This document shows positions 23,301 to 34,764 of a DNA stretch of 64,000 nucleotides, in pieces. The notes below the pieces were generated by a model. That model had not been told where the DNA came from. It did no database searches and worked only from the letters and a program-made list of their open reading frames with translations. The translations under genes were made by a program, and so were the position numbers. How positions within the stretch are numbered: the first letter of the stretch is position 1; every line of letters begins with the position of its first letter. This DNA comes from Naegleria gruberi (lineage: Eukaryota): assembly GCA_000004985.1 (NCBI GenBank), contig GG738851.1; one strand, written 5' to 3'.

Positions 23301-23436
23301 AGCCTGATCGAATACCATGTGCAAAAAGTATAAACAGGAAAAAGTATTGGAAAAAGTAAAACCACTTCTTCCTTCTCGAAATGCCTTGTTCTTCTCCGGC
23401 CATTCTAATTGTATATCTTTTCTTATAAAAAAACAA
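20383..23436 (-). CDS. GPI ethanolamine-phosphate transferase (PIG-O/PIG-G/Mcd4-type). Likely start MAGEEQG near 23403.
   Basis: N-terminal alkaline-phosphatase/sulfatase-like phosphodiesterase domain (FTDGLPVKY...LLILSSDHGTDDVSNGYVLHGY) followed by about 12 transmembrane helices. Confidence 0.75.
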   Translation of the reverse strand: MFFYKKRYTIRMAGEEQGISRRKKWFYFFQYFFLFILFAHGIRSGFFTLLNRSQYKSGATNTMCSQATPESVREKLIRTGHKSSETDALISTKSLNVFTSSEFSNLKKEHHLCDYPSELQFTKVIWLFTDGLPVKYSKKTFDHFKDHMVLYTIDVPGPKYSHAIYTSYMTGQLPTNYQGNPIEGDSLVKSIQRSPDMGPLTYVGPEWSFLAIHGNKHYDKLFKRIELKEEPLDQPHDQGYRFFFANEDARKFYRETLDTIKGEGGSLFAHSAIFDHINHGVFRHDPTNLDYLTYLSDRIASDINPLKDWIDANPDYLLILSSDHGTDDVSNGYVLHGYSRDGNEGYVMLYNPRLKPYDERLDIVDVCPTVAKYLKGVDIPADNIGVSRAYFGDDEESLKYKSYVLKESLVQLTDTTTRRGTDLLRSASSILNLLKMEASDMSFSEKFKSIRDFNTELSKLNVEMKQKLYQLMDTPVFWVAFYVACTLVMVVIGLYRFNFHAIHLLAEKYVSKALYLLCILIPLYFGSFVNVLFCWDTWKGVVRSGGPFFIWQGFLTIVLFFVIYQCTIYFMKTRTEKDKGEADGFSLIGWKLFIFCTIDMTFFALFHLFRKQWKWGMEHVLPLQYLLLIYVVFDFCGYNLFSSIVSVALFIVRKIRRTPVPATKNMNKNTFHFIYCTAMMLLLFLFEFTSVRETAPQEQKALYVQYYTIAGFHIYYLGFIIMAFLYFVFVLLFNPKRLDRLIIPSLLYAFALMRDTPFGRVVTLLQNVQYFYLLVPAYILINKYCCQVKKKDKGFNSSGSSPQFEDDETKHHFFDILQLTISLFFMNHFMYGFHIGKEERLDVDAHPMAGAVGMKSHQQHPNFNAFQMGYERWHMILLSAIYFWSVLHREKDDGLTKTEKDIKDADRYYITDIILNTFTLLMFNAHVFVNLMLCYITMDHAFQETIVYLVVISISATAFTFFNMVTRYSVFVIEFVLSKVPNGKFKTFVQQVLLSQNEPESDDILPITTSDKPIKDV

Positions 23437-23921
23437 AGCAACAAAAATTGTTTATCCGTGTGTGTATGGATCGTGTTGTGTCTTTGCTTCTGTTCAACCA
23501 AACAACACTCTTCAAAACTCTCTAGGTGATGATCGAACAATCAGAAATGGTGCAATAGACAACAAATAGATGACGTGTTGTTGCAATTTTTTTAAAGCTT
23601 TTCTTTGCTCTCTAACAGTGATGATAAGAAAACAATGACACACTGATGAGGCAGCAAATGCCCGATGATGGTTCCAATACGTTTTTAGAGTTGAGAGGAC
23701 AGTTCTGGTAAGACATTTGCAATAGCAGAAATACATTAAAAAAGGCGCCTTGTTGCAAAGAATGAAAATGGATTGCAATATTAGAAGAAGTGATGGACTT
23801 TTTAAAGTTCGTTTTTGTGCAAAAAGACCGTCATCAAAGGATTAAGGTTTTAAGAGTTTGAGATTTTCAGTTTTTTATTTACACAGTATTTACAATGCAA
23901 TGATAGTAATTTGATTTAAAA

Positions 23922-26264
23922 TTATTTGAGGAAGAGTGTAGAGTTTCTACGATTTCTGGTTGGGTTGTGTTCAATCTTAATGGAATCCATTCTTAATTTG
24001 TCCATTTCGTCTTTCCAGTTGACTGAGAAGACTTTGGCATCTAGGAGTGGTTCGTATCTGTAACCGCCACAATGAATTAGTTTGGTTTGTGCCTTATTCT
24101 TGCCTTGATACATTGTCAAGTTGACAAGACAACTGCTGTCAGCTCCAAAACTTTCGCCAACTTTCGACCAAGTCCAATTCACAGTATTGAGTTGATAAAT
24201 GCTCGAAGAGACATCCCAAAGCATTCCACCACCAATAATATACCAATGAGTACCAATCAATGAAGGTGAGAAGGATGGGAATGTGCCAGCTGTTGGACCG
24301 TCACCAGAAGTTTGCATCTTTGTCCATTTCATCAATTGCAAATCCAAGACAAAGACATCATTGTAAGATTCTCTCCAATACTTGTCGTTTGCATTATTTT
24401 GAACCCAATATCCTCCACCATAACAAACAATGGAGTGTTGGTTGACAAGAGTTGCTGCAAAACCAAGTCTTGGAGTGAATGTGTCAGATTCCTTATTCTT
24501 TTCCAAGATTGAGGTCAAGTTTGTCCATTTCATTGTAACAACATCCAAACACCAAACTTCATTGGTTGGAATCATGTTAGGTCCAATACCACCACCAATA
24601 ACAATCATGGTACGATCATTGATCATGACTGAGCAGTGATTAGTTCTTGGAGCTGGCCATTCAATTTTGGTTGACTTGGTATTTGGGCAAACAATCTTTT
24701 TCCAATCGAACAAGACCTTATTATTGGAAGGTGGCTCAACTTGTTGCAATTCATTCAATTGGGATGGAACACTTCTTGAGGTGGACATTCTTCTTTGGTT
24801 GTGATATCTCGTGCTGCTATTACTTGTTGTGGTAGTGGATGTTGTTGGTCTTTGTTTGAATGAGGAGTGTGAAGAGCAGAATCTGGAATTGAAATATTCG
24901 TCAGTGAGTTTGACCACGTACAAGTCGTTGGACACATTCGAATCTTCGTATGCACCACCAAAAACAACAACCGATCTGATGGATGGAGCATAAACAGCAG
25001 AATGCTTACCAAACATTTGAGGAAGATTGCAATTGGAAACTGGAATTTCTTCTTTAGCTACGAGTTCTTCAGCTGAAATTCTCTGACAACCAACTTCATG
25101 ATTCTTTGGCACTTCGAAATTCCACTTTCCAGGAACAAACATGGCATTCATGGTGTAGATTCCTTGTTTCTCTGGTGAGTCTGCATGCATTTGCCTTGGA
25201 TTCAAAATACCACCAATGATCATTACATTTGGAGTGGCACTATTGGATGGAATTACAGTCATGGTATGTCTGTAACGAGGGAAGATTTTATGTGGAGGCA
25301 CAGGGGCCCATTCACCTCCCAAACTACCAAAGAAATAATCAGTGATGGATGCAGCAATATCTGATTGAGTATCACCAGTGATGATTCCATTCAATGAATT
25401 GGTCAATGAGGCATCTTCAGATACGATTTGATTCGAGTTGGAATTTTTGGAAGATTTGGAAACTCTTGGCTTTTGAGTGGTGAGCTTTTCTTCGAGGAAA
25501 TAATTGATACAATCAATGGTTGTAATCTTTGGAGTGCTTGAGTGAAGATTGAGTTGAAGTTCAGGTGATAGAATCTTCTTCACACCACTGAATTCATCAA
25601 TCATCATGGAATCTTTTTCACAATGTGGATTGATAGACATGAGTTTGTAAACTTGCTTTGGAGATTGTTGACAGCCGGTTGAAACTTTGAAAATGTGTTG
25701 AATTCTCTTCATGTAAGAGCTGCTATACATGACAGTACTGGATGGTTCTACATATTGACTGCAAAAATCAGAATCAGATTTAGATTTGTGAATATAGTTT
25801 GGATTATTCACAAAAGTGTGATGCCACCACAATTCTCTATTGGTTGACAATCTGTAGAAGGTAGAGTTGATTCTACAAGTACACAACAAGAGTTCTTCTC
25901 TTGTAAAATAGTAGAGAATGTGTTGAAGAATTTCTTCAGGCAAATGATTGAAGTCAACGAGGACAACATCTTCCAAAGTTGTGACCGAAGTCGTTGGTCT
26001 TTGGACGAATTGAACAGTTGAGTGTGCTTGTTGCTTTGATTGACCAGATGCATTAGTCATATTGAATTGAGTTAGGAAATTGGAGAATGACCAGGTTGAA
26101 TTACTTGGATTTCTAACAGATTGTTGTTCAATGTTTCTATTATTGTTGATGGTTGATACACTATTGTGATTATGCAAAAAGTTTTCACTTGAACATGATT
26201 TGGAAAGAATGGATGGTGAAGAAGTCATTGAGCGTTCATCATCAATAATAGTGTTAATCATCAT
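23922..26264 (-). CDS. F-box / kelch-repeat (galactose-oxidase-like beta-propeller) protein (780 aa)
   Basis: F-box LPEEILQHILYYFTREELLLCTCRINSTFYRL. C-terminal kelch-like repeats with GG and W motifs (VFGGAY, VIGGGI, CYGGGYW, IIGGGM). Confidence 0.7.
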   Translation of the reverse strand: MMINTIIDDERSMTSSPSILSKSCSSENFLHNHNSVSTINNNRNIEQQSVRNPSNSTWSFSNFLTQFNMTNASGQSKQQAHSTVQFVQRPTTSVTTLEDVVLVDFNHLPEEILQHILYYFTREELLLCTCRINSTFYRLSTNRELWWHHTFVNNPNYIHKSKSDSDFCSQYVEPSSTVMYSSSYMKRIQHIFKVSTGCQQSPKQVYKLMSINPHCEKDSMMIDEFSGVKKILSPELQLNLHSSTPKITTIDCINYFLEEKLTTQKPRVSKSSKNSNSNQIVSEDASLTNSLNGIITGDTQSDIAASITDYFFGSLGGEWAPVPPHKIFPRYRHTMTVIPSNSATPNVMIIGGILNPRQMHADSPEKQGIYTMNAMFVPGKWNFEVPKNHEVGCQRISAEELVAKEEIPVSNCNLPQMFGKHSAVYAPSIRSVVVFGGAYEDSNVSNDLYVVKLTDEYFNSRFCSSHSSFKQRPTTSTTTTSNSSTRYHNQRRMSTSRSVPSQLNELQQVEPPSNNKVLFDWKKIVCPNTKSTKIEWPAPRTNHCSVMINDRTMIVIGGGIGPNMIPTNEVWCLDVVTMKWTNLTSILEKNKESDTFTPRLGFAATLVNQHSIVCYGGGYWVQNNANDKYWRESYNDVFVLDLQLMKWTKMQTSGDGPTAGTFPSFSPSLIGTHWYIIGGGMLWDVSSSIYQLNTVNWTWSKVGESFGADSSCLVNLTMYQGKNKAQTKLIHCGGYRYEPLLDAKVFSVNWKDEMDKLRMDSIKIEHNPTRNRRNSTLFLK

Positions 26265-27059
26265 TTTCTGTTAGTCTTTCAATTAGTTTTTTTTCGAATT
26301 GTTAGTTGAAAGCAAACGAAACCGTCTGTTTTATTGGCCTTACCGTTTGTTCAAAAGATTGCGTTGCAATCCAACTTCCCAAGAAAGCTTACTGGTTTCG
26401 TAATCCAAATGGATTTCTTTTGTAAAGTATTGACGTATCTCCACTGTGCATAAACTGGGTTTGGTTTCAGGATTACATTATCGAATCTTTTTGGAAAAGT
26501 TTTGCATCCACAGTGAAAGTCAACATTTTGTCGATGAATGGCATGTAGATGACAACAGGGTGATAGTATTATTTCATTTTTGAATTGTTTTGTAAATAAA
26601 TCATGTAAAAAATTGATTTTGTAAAACTGGTCTTGTCTGCAACTATTTGAAGTAAGGTTCAACCATTGTAATATTTTCAAGTTGACCAACCAATCGGCTT
26701 ACAATATTCGAGGTGGGTACATGTATCCTGAAGACCAATTGCCTTTCTCTATGGCTTGGTACCTCTTAGCCAACTCAATTCTCTGTATTCCAACACCTTA
26801 AATTAAATATTAATAATTTTGATCCTCAACAATGTTTAATAAATGATGTTCATCAATAAAACGTATTCAATGAATTTTAATGGTTCATCACAACAAACAA
26901 AATGCTGTTCACCTCACTTCTGAGGTCCGACCTCGATGTTATGCTGATATCTTTGCAACGATTGAAAAAGGACCAAATTTAAAAACCTCAAAAAACTACG
27001 AAAAAAAATAGCTCGAAGCTGTTTCTCTCATTTGAATTAGTATATAGAATAAACCGAAA

Positions 27060-28291
27060 ATGGGCTTTAACTTGAAGATTGTTGGTGGTACCAGTAATTT
27101 GGAATTGGCGTATGTAGTTTTTAATGTTGAAAGAGTGATGATAATAATTTGTTGTTCGGGTTGATTTTTGTGATATTGGTGTCGATGATATACAAAATTT
27201 ATTTTTCGTCATCCTTTTGTTGATGAATATTTGTGATGGTGAATAGTAAGAAGGTTGCTCAATTCTTACAAATCGATCTTACTGAAACCAAGGTTTACAA
27301 GTTTGCTGATAGTGAAATTGGTGTTCAAATTATGGAAAATGTCAGAGGTGTAAGTATTGAAGATGTATGAGGATTGTATTAATTGTTATTATTATTGGAA
27401 TGGATTAGAGTGGTATGTATTGACTAAAATTCAATGAATTATTTATCGGAATGTAAAGATGTTTATGTTATTCAATCAACATGTACTCCTGTCAATGATA
27501 ACTTTATGGAATTGTGTCTTATTGTCGATGCTTTGAAGAGAGCCAGTTGTAATAGAATTACTGCTGTTGTTCCATATTACGGATATGCTAGACAAGACAG
27601 AAAGACCAAGCCAAGAGTCCCAATTTCTGCTGCCCTCGTCTCTAGATTGTTAGAATCATCAGGTGTTGATCGTGTCTTGTCTGTTGACTTGCATTGTGGT
27701 CAAATTCAAGGTTTCTTCAACATTCCAGTTGACAATCTCCATGCCAAACCAGTTTTGGTCGATCAATTCTATCAAAGAATCGTTTTAGGTGAATCATTGA
27801 AGACTGTTTCCGATTATCAAGGACTTGTTGTCGTTTCACCAGATGCTGGTGGTGCAGAACGTGCTGATAACTTTAGAACTGCATTGAATGAACAAGATCC
27901 ATCTCTCCAAGCTTCTATGGCTGTTATGAATAAGAAGAGAGTTGAAGCCAATAAGGTTTCCACAATGGAATTGGTCGGTAATGTTGAAGGTAAACACTGT
28001 GTCATTGTTGACGACATGATTGACACTGCTGGTACTTTGGCTATGTGTGCTCAAATTTTGAAGGACAATGGTGCTAAGAGAGTCTTTGCTTGTGCCACCC
28101 ATGGTTTATTCAATGGAGCTGGTGTCAAGAAGATGGAAGAAAGTGTCATTGAAAAGGTTATTGTCACAAACACTGTCCCACTCCCAGCTGAAAAGCAACA
28201 CGAAAAGATTATTCAAGTCTGTGTCAGCAAATTGGTTGGTGAAGCTATTAGACGTGTTCACAATGAAGAATCTGTCTCAAGCTTGTTCTAA
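27060..28291 (+). CDS. Ribose-phosphate pyrophosphokinase (PRPP synthetase), join(27060..27109,27247..27347,27459..28291), 327 aa
   Basis: Exon 1 MGFNLKIVGGTSNLELA. Exon 2 KKVAQFL...MENVR. Exon 3 DVYVIQSTCTPVNDNFMEL...HGLFNGAG...AIRRVHNEESVSSLF. Collinear with PRPS along its whole length. Introns begin GTATGT and GTGTAAGT. Confidence 0.85.
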
Positions 28292-28370
28292 ACTGAATGT
28301 GAACTCTCCTGAATAGTATAAATGAAAAATCTTAAAAATAATTAATTTACTTTTTGGAATTGGAATATAA

Positions 28371-30222
28371 TTACAGATTTGGACTACCAACAAGGAGGAA
28401 ATTATCACGAGTCTTTCTCTCAAACTTGTGATTGAATTCATTAATGTGGTGAGTTTTCTTTTGTGGAGTGTGAGGCATGCTTAAATGTTGACCTGCACTA
28501 GCTCCAGATCCAGAAAAATTCAAAGATTGAGTCACATCTCCCAATTGACTAGATTTAAAGAAACTCTTTGGAGGTGTAAATGCTCGTTGTTCTTTGACAC
28601 CCATAATTCTTCCTAATCCTCTCGTTGACAAGGGTTTGTAGACTCTTCCTACCGAGGCAGGAGAGGTTAAATCCTTTGGTTTTCTGTCATCTTTAATATT
28701 CGGTCAATCAAGGTGATATTGTCAAAATTTAACTTACACTTAACCTTAATAGGTGTAATGGGAGAATCAAATTCTCTTCTATTTTCCTCATTTTCTGATC
28801 TTGGTGGCGTGGATTCAACACTCTTGAAAGATCTTGCTGATGAAGTTCCTGAATGTAGTCTCTTTGGAGTGAGGTTTGTTGGTGTGGTTGTTGACTGATA
28901 GAATACTCGATCCTCATTAAGCTTTTTACTAATTTCTAAACTGAGTTGATTCCTTGTTTTGGGTGGTGTTTTAAACATGTCTGCCGATCTAGGAATTGTT
29001 TTTTCACAAGATTGACTGATAGAAACTACCTGTAATGGGAATAGTCTCTCTGTTGCAGTACTTGCTACAGAGAGTGGTAATATTTGAGTTCTATCCTCTC
29101 CTTCTCTCCACATTTTGGCTTGTTTTTCCTTTAAAAATTGCTGTTGAATTCCAATAACCATACCAGGTCTACATACTCTGAGCCATCCAATGACTTCAGT
29201 TGCTGTGAATTGGTAATGTTTCATCATGTAGAGGGCAATCATTGTTCCAGTTCTTCCAAGACCTGCCTTACAATGGACTGCAATGATAGACTCCTCTTCA
29301 GCTATTTGAAGGAATTTCCTGATATGATCCTCACTTGGTGTACTTCCATCTGGGAAGTATAAATCGAAATGATTAATTCCATTACTGATGAATTTCTTTC
29401 GATCATAGAGAGCTCTGTTCAATCTAACAATTGCTGACACTCTCCACTGTTTGAAAGGAGAAATATAATCCTCTGGAGTTAAATGTACATATCCATCACT
29501 TGAAATTCTTCTACTAGATGGTGATGAAAAGGCCAAAAATTTACCGGGCACTACCCAGTTAATGTCTCCATTTTCGACCTTTTCAAGTCTAAGGTATTCC
29601 TCAGCGTCAAATGAATTGTATTTGAAAAATCCAAGGGATATTCCTTTAACAAGACCTTTACAACAATCCAAAATTGACAAGCTGAATGTTGATAAATTTT
29701 GAGAGGCATCCCTGAAAGGAATGAGAGGAGGATAAACAAAATTGAAAGGTTTACATGCATCTTCTGCTGTCTTATCCTGAGAAATGACCATGTAGGCAGC
29801 TGCCAAGAATGCAGCATTTGCTCTCTTTTGACCATCAAAACTTGTCACTAATACTATTCTCTTATTTGTTGTCTGTAACATAATGTATTGAATCAATGTA
29901 AATTAACTCAGAACGCAAGCAAACATACCCTTAACAAGTTATCAATATGTCTACATATTTCTACAGTATATCCTAAATTTACAGGACCAAAATCATGACA
30001 GAATGGTTCATAAACATATCTCTCGTCAAGCATGACAAAAGTTGATTGAGGATTGTCATAGGCCGATGGAGTCCTCCTCAGAGAAACCCAATATAAACGA
30101 TCCTCAATTAGACAAATTGCATCCTTCAGATCTCCTCCCATCTTTTTGGGGCTATTAGAAAAGTTGGTATTGCTCTCTCGCTTTGTGCTACTGTTGCTGG
30201 GCGAGATGGGCAGTATTGTCAT
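28371..30222 (-). CDS. CDC14-family dual-specificity phosphatase, complement(join(28371..28690,28738..29872,29929..30222)), 582 aa
   Basis: N-terminal domain YVYEPFCHDFGPVNLGYTV. Catalytic HCKAGLGRTGTMIALYMMKHYQFTATEVIGWLRVCRPGMVIGIQQQFL. Introns of 56 and 47 nt (GTATGT...TTACAG and GTAAGT...TTAAAG). The exon frames are cross-checked against three ORF-track entries. Confidence 0.85.
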
Positions 30223-30985
30223 ACTATTTGTTTCTATTAAATTGAGAAGGAAAATTGATGATTAATAATAAGTAGAGAAAAGGTGATCGGATCCGATATA
30301 TAGAATGCTATATTAATGATGATACAAACCTGAATTAATACTCTCCTTCACTGAAATGGATGATATCGATAAATTCATCATCCTATTAGAAAGAGTCGAT
30401 GAAGCCGAGGTTGCTCTACTCGGTGTTGAAGAATTCATATTCAATCTCTTTAGATACTGATTCTCTTACTCCCTTAAAAATCTCGGAACAATAAGGTAAA
30501 AATCAAAGAAACTCTGCGTTCGTTCGCCTCTTGATAAACGACTAGTTTTTTTTGAGTTTGTTCAATAGAGAGAACATAGTCTAAGGATGCATTGTTGAGA
30601 GAAGTTTTGAAGCGTAATTTTACTTTAAAAAAATTACGATCGGGGAGAGATGAAATAAATTCTTTCAAGACTTGTCCTTCTTAAGAAAAGTCAATGTGTT
30701 GCGAAGAATTTTACATACGGTTGGGTTTCTGGTGGTATACATCATGATGTGTATTAAGCATTCGAAATATTTTCAAATATTATGCTCTTTGTTGAGATTG
30801 TTGGATGTTCCTAAATCAAAAAGGTGTAAAGGAGAAGTAACTTGTTTATAATTTGGGACATGCGAATACTTGCAATATTGTTTCTCATAAATGATTTGGA
30901 AACGAAAAAGGATCAAACTGGTTTATAGTGAAAGAGGAAAAAGAGGTTTAAATCGTTTTATATTTCGCAAATTAAGAATTTGCAT

Positions 30986-31033
30986 GGCTACGGCCATATC
31001 ACGATTCATGCACCTCATCCCGTCCGATTTGAG
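30986..31033 (+). pseudogene. Truncated 5S rRNA gene (first 48 nt only)
   Basis: GGCTACGGCCATATCACGATTCATGCACCTCATCCCGTCCGATTTGAG, then unrelated sequence. It retains the same upstream flank (AATCGTTTTATATTTCGCAAATTAAG) as the intact copies and lacks the internal box A/box C promoter region. Confidence 0.6.
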
Positions 31034-31963
31034 CAGAAAAATGATGCCCAATCCAACAAGGTCATCTTTGAATTGACTTGTTGGAGATTCTTCGTTGTTC
31101 TATTATTTAACAGAGCGAGAAATCATACCAGATGAATCCTCACAGGAAAAAATTGAGAAGGAGGGCAACAACCACTTTGATTATTGACCAAATTCTGGCT
31201 ACTCATCCTCTTGAGTGAAAGGAGGAGAGTTTCCAGATTCACATTTCAGTCTGCATGATCTCTGAAATGTCCTTCAAGGTAAGTATAAAGAAAGAAAAGA
31301 GTGTAAATTCAAACAAATCTTAAAAACTTTTCAAGATGTATGATTTTTTGAAACCTGAATTATGGTCATTGTTTGTTTTTTTATGATTTGAATTCTTTGA
31401 AATAGTTGAACATGAAGCAAACACAGAATTGATATAATTACTTTGAAATTTATGTAGGATAATTATTTTACATTATTGAATATTTACATTTTGGTTTTAT
31501 TTACAATGATTGCCTAGGTTTTCAAAATTTTGAGTTTTATGGAGATTACCACTTTTTGAATAGTTTGTTTCTCATTTCTAAAGTGTTATGTGATTGAGAT
31601 TTAGAAGTTTTACTTGTTTCATTTCCAACAGAATTCAATGTTTTGTAATCAATTAAATTTCTTCTTCTTGTTCCACCAATAATATTATCCAGAGAAATTT
31701 CGGAATTAAATTGTGAAGTATTATTGGAGGAATTATACATATTTCTTCTTGTTGAGACCATTTTCTAATTGTTGTTTTGTTATTTTCTTTTGTTGTTGAT
31801 TTTCATTAAATTTCCTTTCATCAAAATATTGATAGAAAAATTCAACTTCTTGTGATGAGTGGAAAATCCACCAAAAATCGGAATCACAAAATTAGTGGAA
31901 ATCATCATGGAAATAAATAGATCAACTATCCACAACAAAACAAAATAACTAAATAAGAGCAAA

Positions 31964-32257
31964 ATGCCAGCTAGAAATACTTCATCAAATACTTCATCTT
32001 CCGAAGATAGAATTCCAACAAAAACAGAATGGACAAGATCTAAACCAATTGATTTATCTAAAAGATTACCATTATTTGATATTGATACTTCAAATATTAT
32101 AAGTGGAACAAGACATCGTAATAATATTGATTATCATCATGCAAATTTAAATGGTAAACAAATTTCAGTGAAAAGATCTTCGAAAAATTCAATTGAAAAG
32201 AGAGCTAAACAATCAACCACCACAAATAAGAAGATTACCAAATCGAAAAAGATGTAA
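31964..32257 (+). CDS. Small basic protein (97 aa), inverted duplicate of 6237..6530
   Basis: Identical to the left-arm protein at 96 of 97 residues. A diverged partial paralog lies head-to-head at 31546..31761 (-), with NIIGGTRRRNLIDYKTL against NIISGTRHRNNIDYHHANL. Confidence 0.35.
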   Translation: MPARNTSSNTSSSEDRIPTKTEWTRSKPIDLSKRLPLFDIDTSNIISGTRHRNNIDYHHANLNGKQISVKRSSKNSIEKRAKQSTTTNKKITKSKKM

Positions 32258-32632
32258 AATTGCAACTTGTAAATAATTCAGTAAATTGTAAATAATTGTA
32301 AATAAAACAACTTTGAAATATAGATGAAGTTTCAATTTAGAATTGATCAGAATATGAGAAACCAAAATTTGTATCCTGCAATTCAACATGACAAATGTTC
32401 AATAAATATGAGGTTAATCAACCTTTTCAATTTCTTCAAACAAAACCTGAACCAACAAGATTCTGTCTTCGTTGCCTTCACTGTTCATACAGTCAAAGAC
32501 TGTAGCGGGATTGTCGTCATATTCCTGACAGGCTTCCCGTCTATTAAACTAAAAAGAATATTCACAAATTAATAATCGTTGTTTTTATTTTGTTGCCAAA
32601 GGAATATTTAACAGATTGTTGAGAAAGTCAAA

Positions 32633-33744
32633 TTAATTTAATTTGAACATTCCTTGAATTTCCTTTGCAGAGTAAGCTCCTTCTAATATCTTCTTCTCCT
32701 CTTCAGTCAATTTAATTTCCAATGCTTGAACATTGAGCTCAACATTAATGGCCTTTGTTGCACCAATTACTGGACTTACAACTCCAGGTTTGGAAAGTAA
32801 CCAAGCAAGTGCAATTTGAGCTGGAGAAACGTTTCTCTTCTTGGCAATTTCAGAAACTTTTCTCAAAGTTTCCTTATCACCTTCAGTCAAATTGCCCTTA
32901 AATATGGTTTGAACAATGTCAGTATTTTGTCTCTTGGAATTATTTTCATTAGTTTCAATTGCCTTCTCCTCAGCATTGACAAATTCATGAGCACGAGCTA
33001 ACATTCCATTAGAAAGAGGTCCCCAAGGTGTGAGTGAAACACCTTGATCAACACACAATGGATTCATTTCTCTCTCCTCTTCTCTATAGATGAGATTATA
33101 CAGATTTTGCATGGAAATAAATTTAGTCAATCCCTTCTTCTCAGCATAATGTTGAGCTTTGGCAAATTGCCAAGCAAACATAGTAGAGGCACCAATGTAT
33201 CTGACCTTTCCAGATTTAACCAAATCATGGAGAGCTTCCATGGTTTCTTCAATTGGTGTTTGTTCATCCCAACGATGGATAATGTACAAATCAATGTCTA
33301 TTTAAATTTTTCATTTCAAATCACAAGAAGAAAGTAAAACTTACAATCAAGACCTAATCTTTGTAATGAATCCTCAACTGCATGCATAATGTGCTTTCTG
33401 GAGAGACCCATAGTATTTGGTTTACCTTGATTACTATTCATAATGAGTTTTTGTTCACCAGAATGATCCAATGGTCCACAAACTTTGGTAGCAACCACAA
33501 TTTCCTCTCTTGAAATGTTGAATTCCTTAATGAACTTGCCTAAAATTCTTTCACTTTCTCCATTGCTGTAAATATTGGCAGTATCGAAAAAGTTAATACC
33601 CAAATCCCATGCCTTCTTCAATATTCTCAATGATTCCTCTTCTTCCAAAACCCAAGGAATCCACTTGGAAGATCCAAAACTCATGCAACCCAAGCAAAGT
33701 TGAGAAACCTTTAAACCACTTTCACCCAAATTGACGTATTTCAT
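32633..33744 (-). CDS. Aldo-keto reductase, inverted duplicate: complement(join(32633..33297,33345..33744))
   Basis: Three amino-acid differences against the 4737..5848 copy (S/A, T/N, E/K). The same 47-nt intron carries a TTA->TGA point change, which explains why ORF 33316..33795 stops early. The ORF-track N-terminus MNLILS... is upstream read-through. The real start is MKYVNLG. Confidence 0.8.
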
Positions 33745-34448
33745 ATTGTATTGATTGCGATTGAAAACTGTTAGTGCAGATAGAATTAAATTCAAAAACT
33801 AGTTGTGAATTTGTTTTTTTGTGTTTGGAATTAGAGTTTTGTTTCAAAGCCATGAAATTTAAACCTAAAATTTATACTTTTAATTCTGCGCGCATGATTC
33901 AAGTTGATTTGTGCTCATATTTAAACGAGCAGAATTATGATCATTAGTGAAAGAGGAGGTGGAACAACAACCATTGATAGGATCCTAATCGCAATTTAGA
34001 TTGAAGAATGTTATGAGTTAAAGATAGAGGGAAAAAGACTCCTTATATTTACTGGATGGAATTGTTTCAAATTTTTCATTCCGTCCTTATATTCATATTG
34101 GTATCCATTGAGACTAATAGTAAACCTCATATAATTTAAACCTTCCTTTGAAATATTTGCATCGTGTATGTTCTTGTTGGCCAATAAAATTGTTTTTGTG
34201 TTCCTAATTTTTAGCTAGACCAATTCAAGCTACTTAGGAGTTTACTGTAATTTCAATACTTGAAGCATTATTAAAATATAATTTTTCAGAATAGATAGCA
34301 CCCAATATTTACCAACTATTGTAAAAGTATCATATCTTCTGACCTTAAAACATCGATGTATCTTTACACTCCATATTTACAAAGCTAATTCAAAAAACAA
34401 TTCAAATATTCACAATCGTTTCTTTATAGACTTACGGCAAATGCACAT

Positions 34449-34730
34449 TTACAAATAAGAATATAATATCATGAATTGATATTTGGTGTCATTCTTAATC
34501 ATGGCAATCTGAATTGGACTTCCTGCAAATTCCTCTCGTCCATGTTCACCTGAGAAGATAAGGAAAACATTGAATTCAGCACTATTCTTCAACATGTTGG
34601 CACGTTCTTCATGGAAGCATACAGACATGTACAATTTTTCACCTTGAAGAAGACCAAGAATGGAAGGAAGCTCATACTCTGAGTACTTGTAACCACCTGA
34701 TCTAGAGTTGACAGGGTGATTGAGGGTCAA
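34449..34730 (-). pseudogene. Relic (~230 bp) of the M14-like gene
   Basis: Encodes GGYKYSEYELPSILGL..GEKLYMS.CFHEERANMLKNSAE.NVFL.FSG.HG.E.FAGSPIQIAMIKNDTKYQF, homologous to residues ~90-165 of ORF 2643..4100. The rest of that gene is absent from this arm. Confidence 0.6.
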
Positions 34731-34764
34731 ATCGTTTTATATTTCGCAAATTAAGGTATTGAAT

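Noticed and set aside
26351-26689. 112-aa minus-strand ORF in the kelch/PRPS divergent promoter
   Set aside because: No start context or motifs, and it lies within a likely promoter region. Probably spurious.
31166-31425. ~260-bp right-arm-specific insertion as a miniature mobile element
   Set aside because: The flanks share only a 4-bp GCAA. No terminal inverted repeats or internal ORF. It may equally be a deletion in the left arm.
33316-33795. N-terminal extension MNLILSALTVFNRNQYN of the right-arm AKR ORF
   Set aside because: It is upstream read-through. The left copy shows the true start is MKYVNLG. The early stop in this ORF is an intronic TTA->TGA change, not a pseudogenising mutation.
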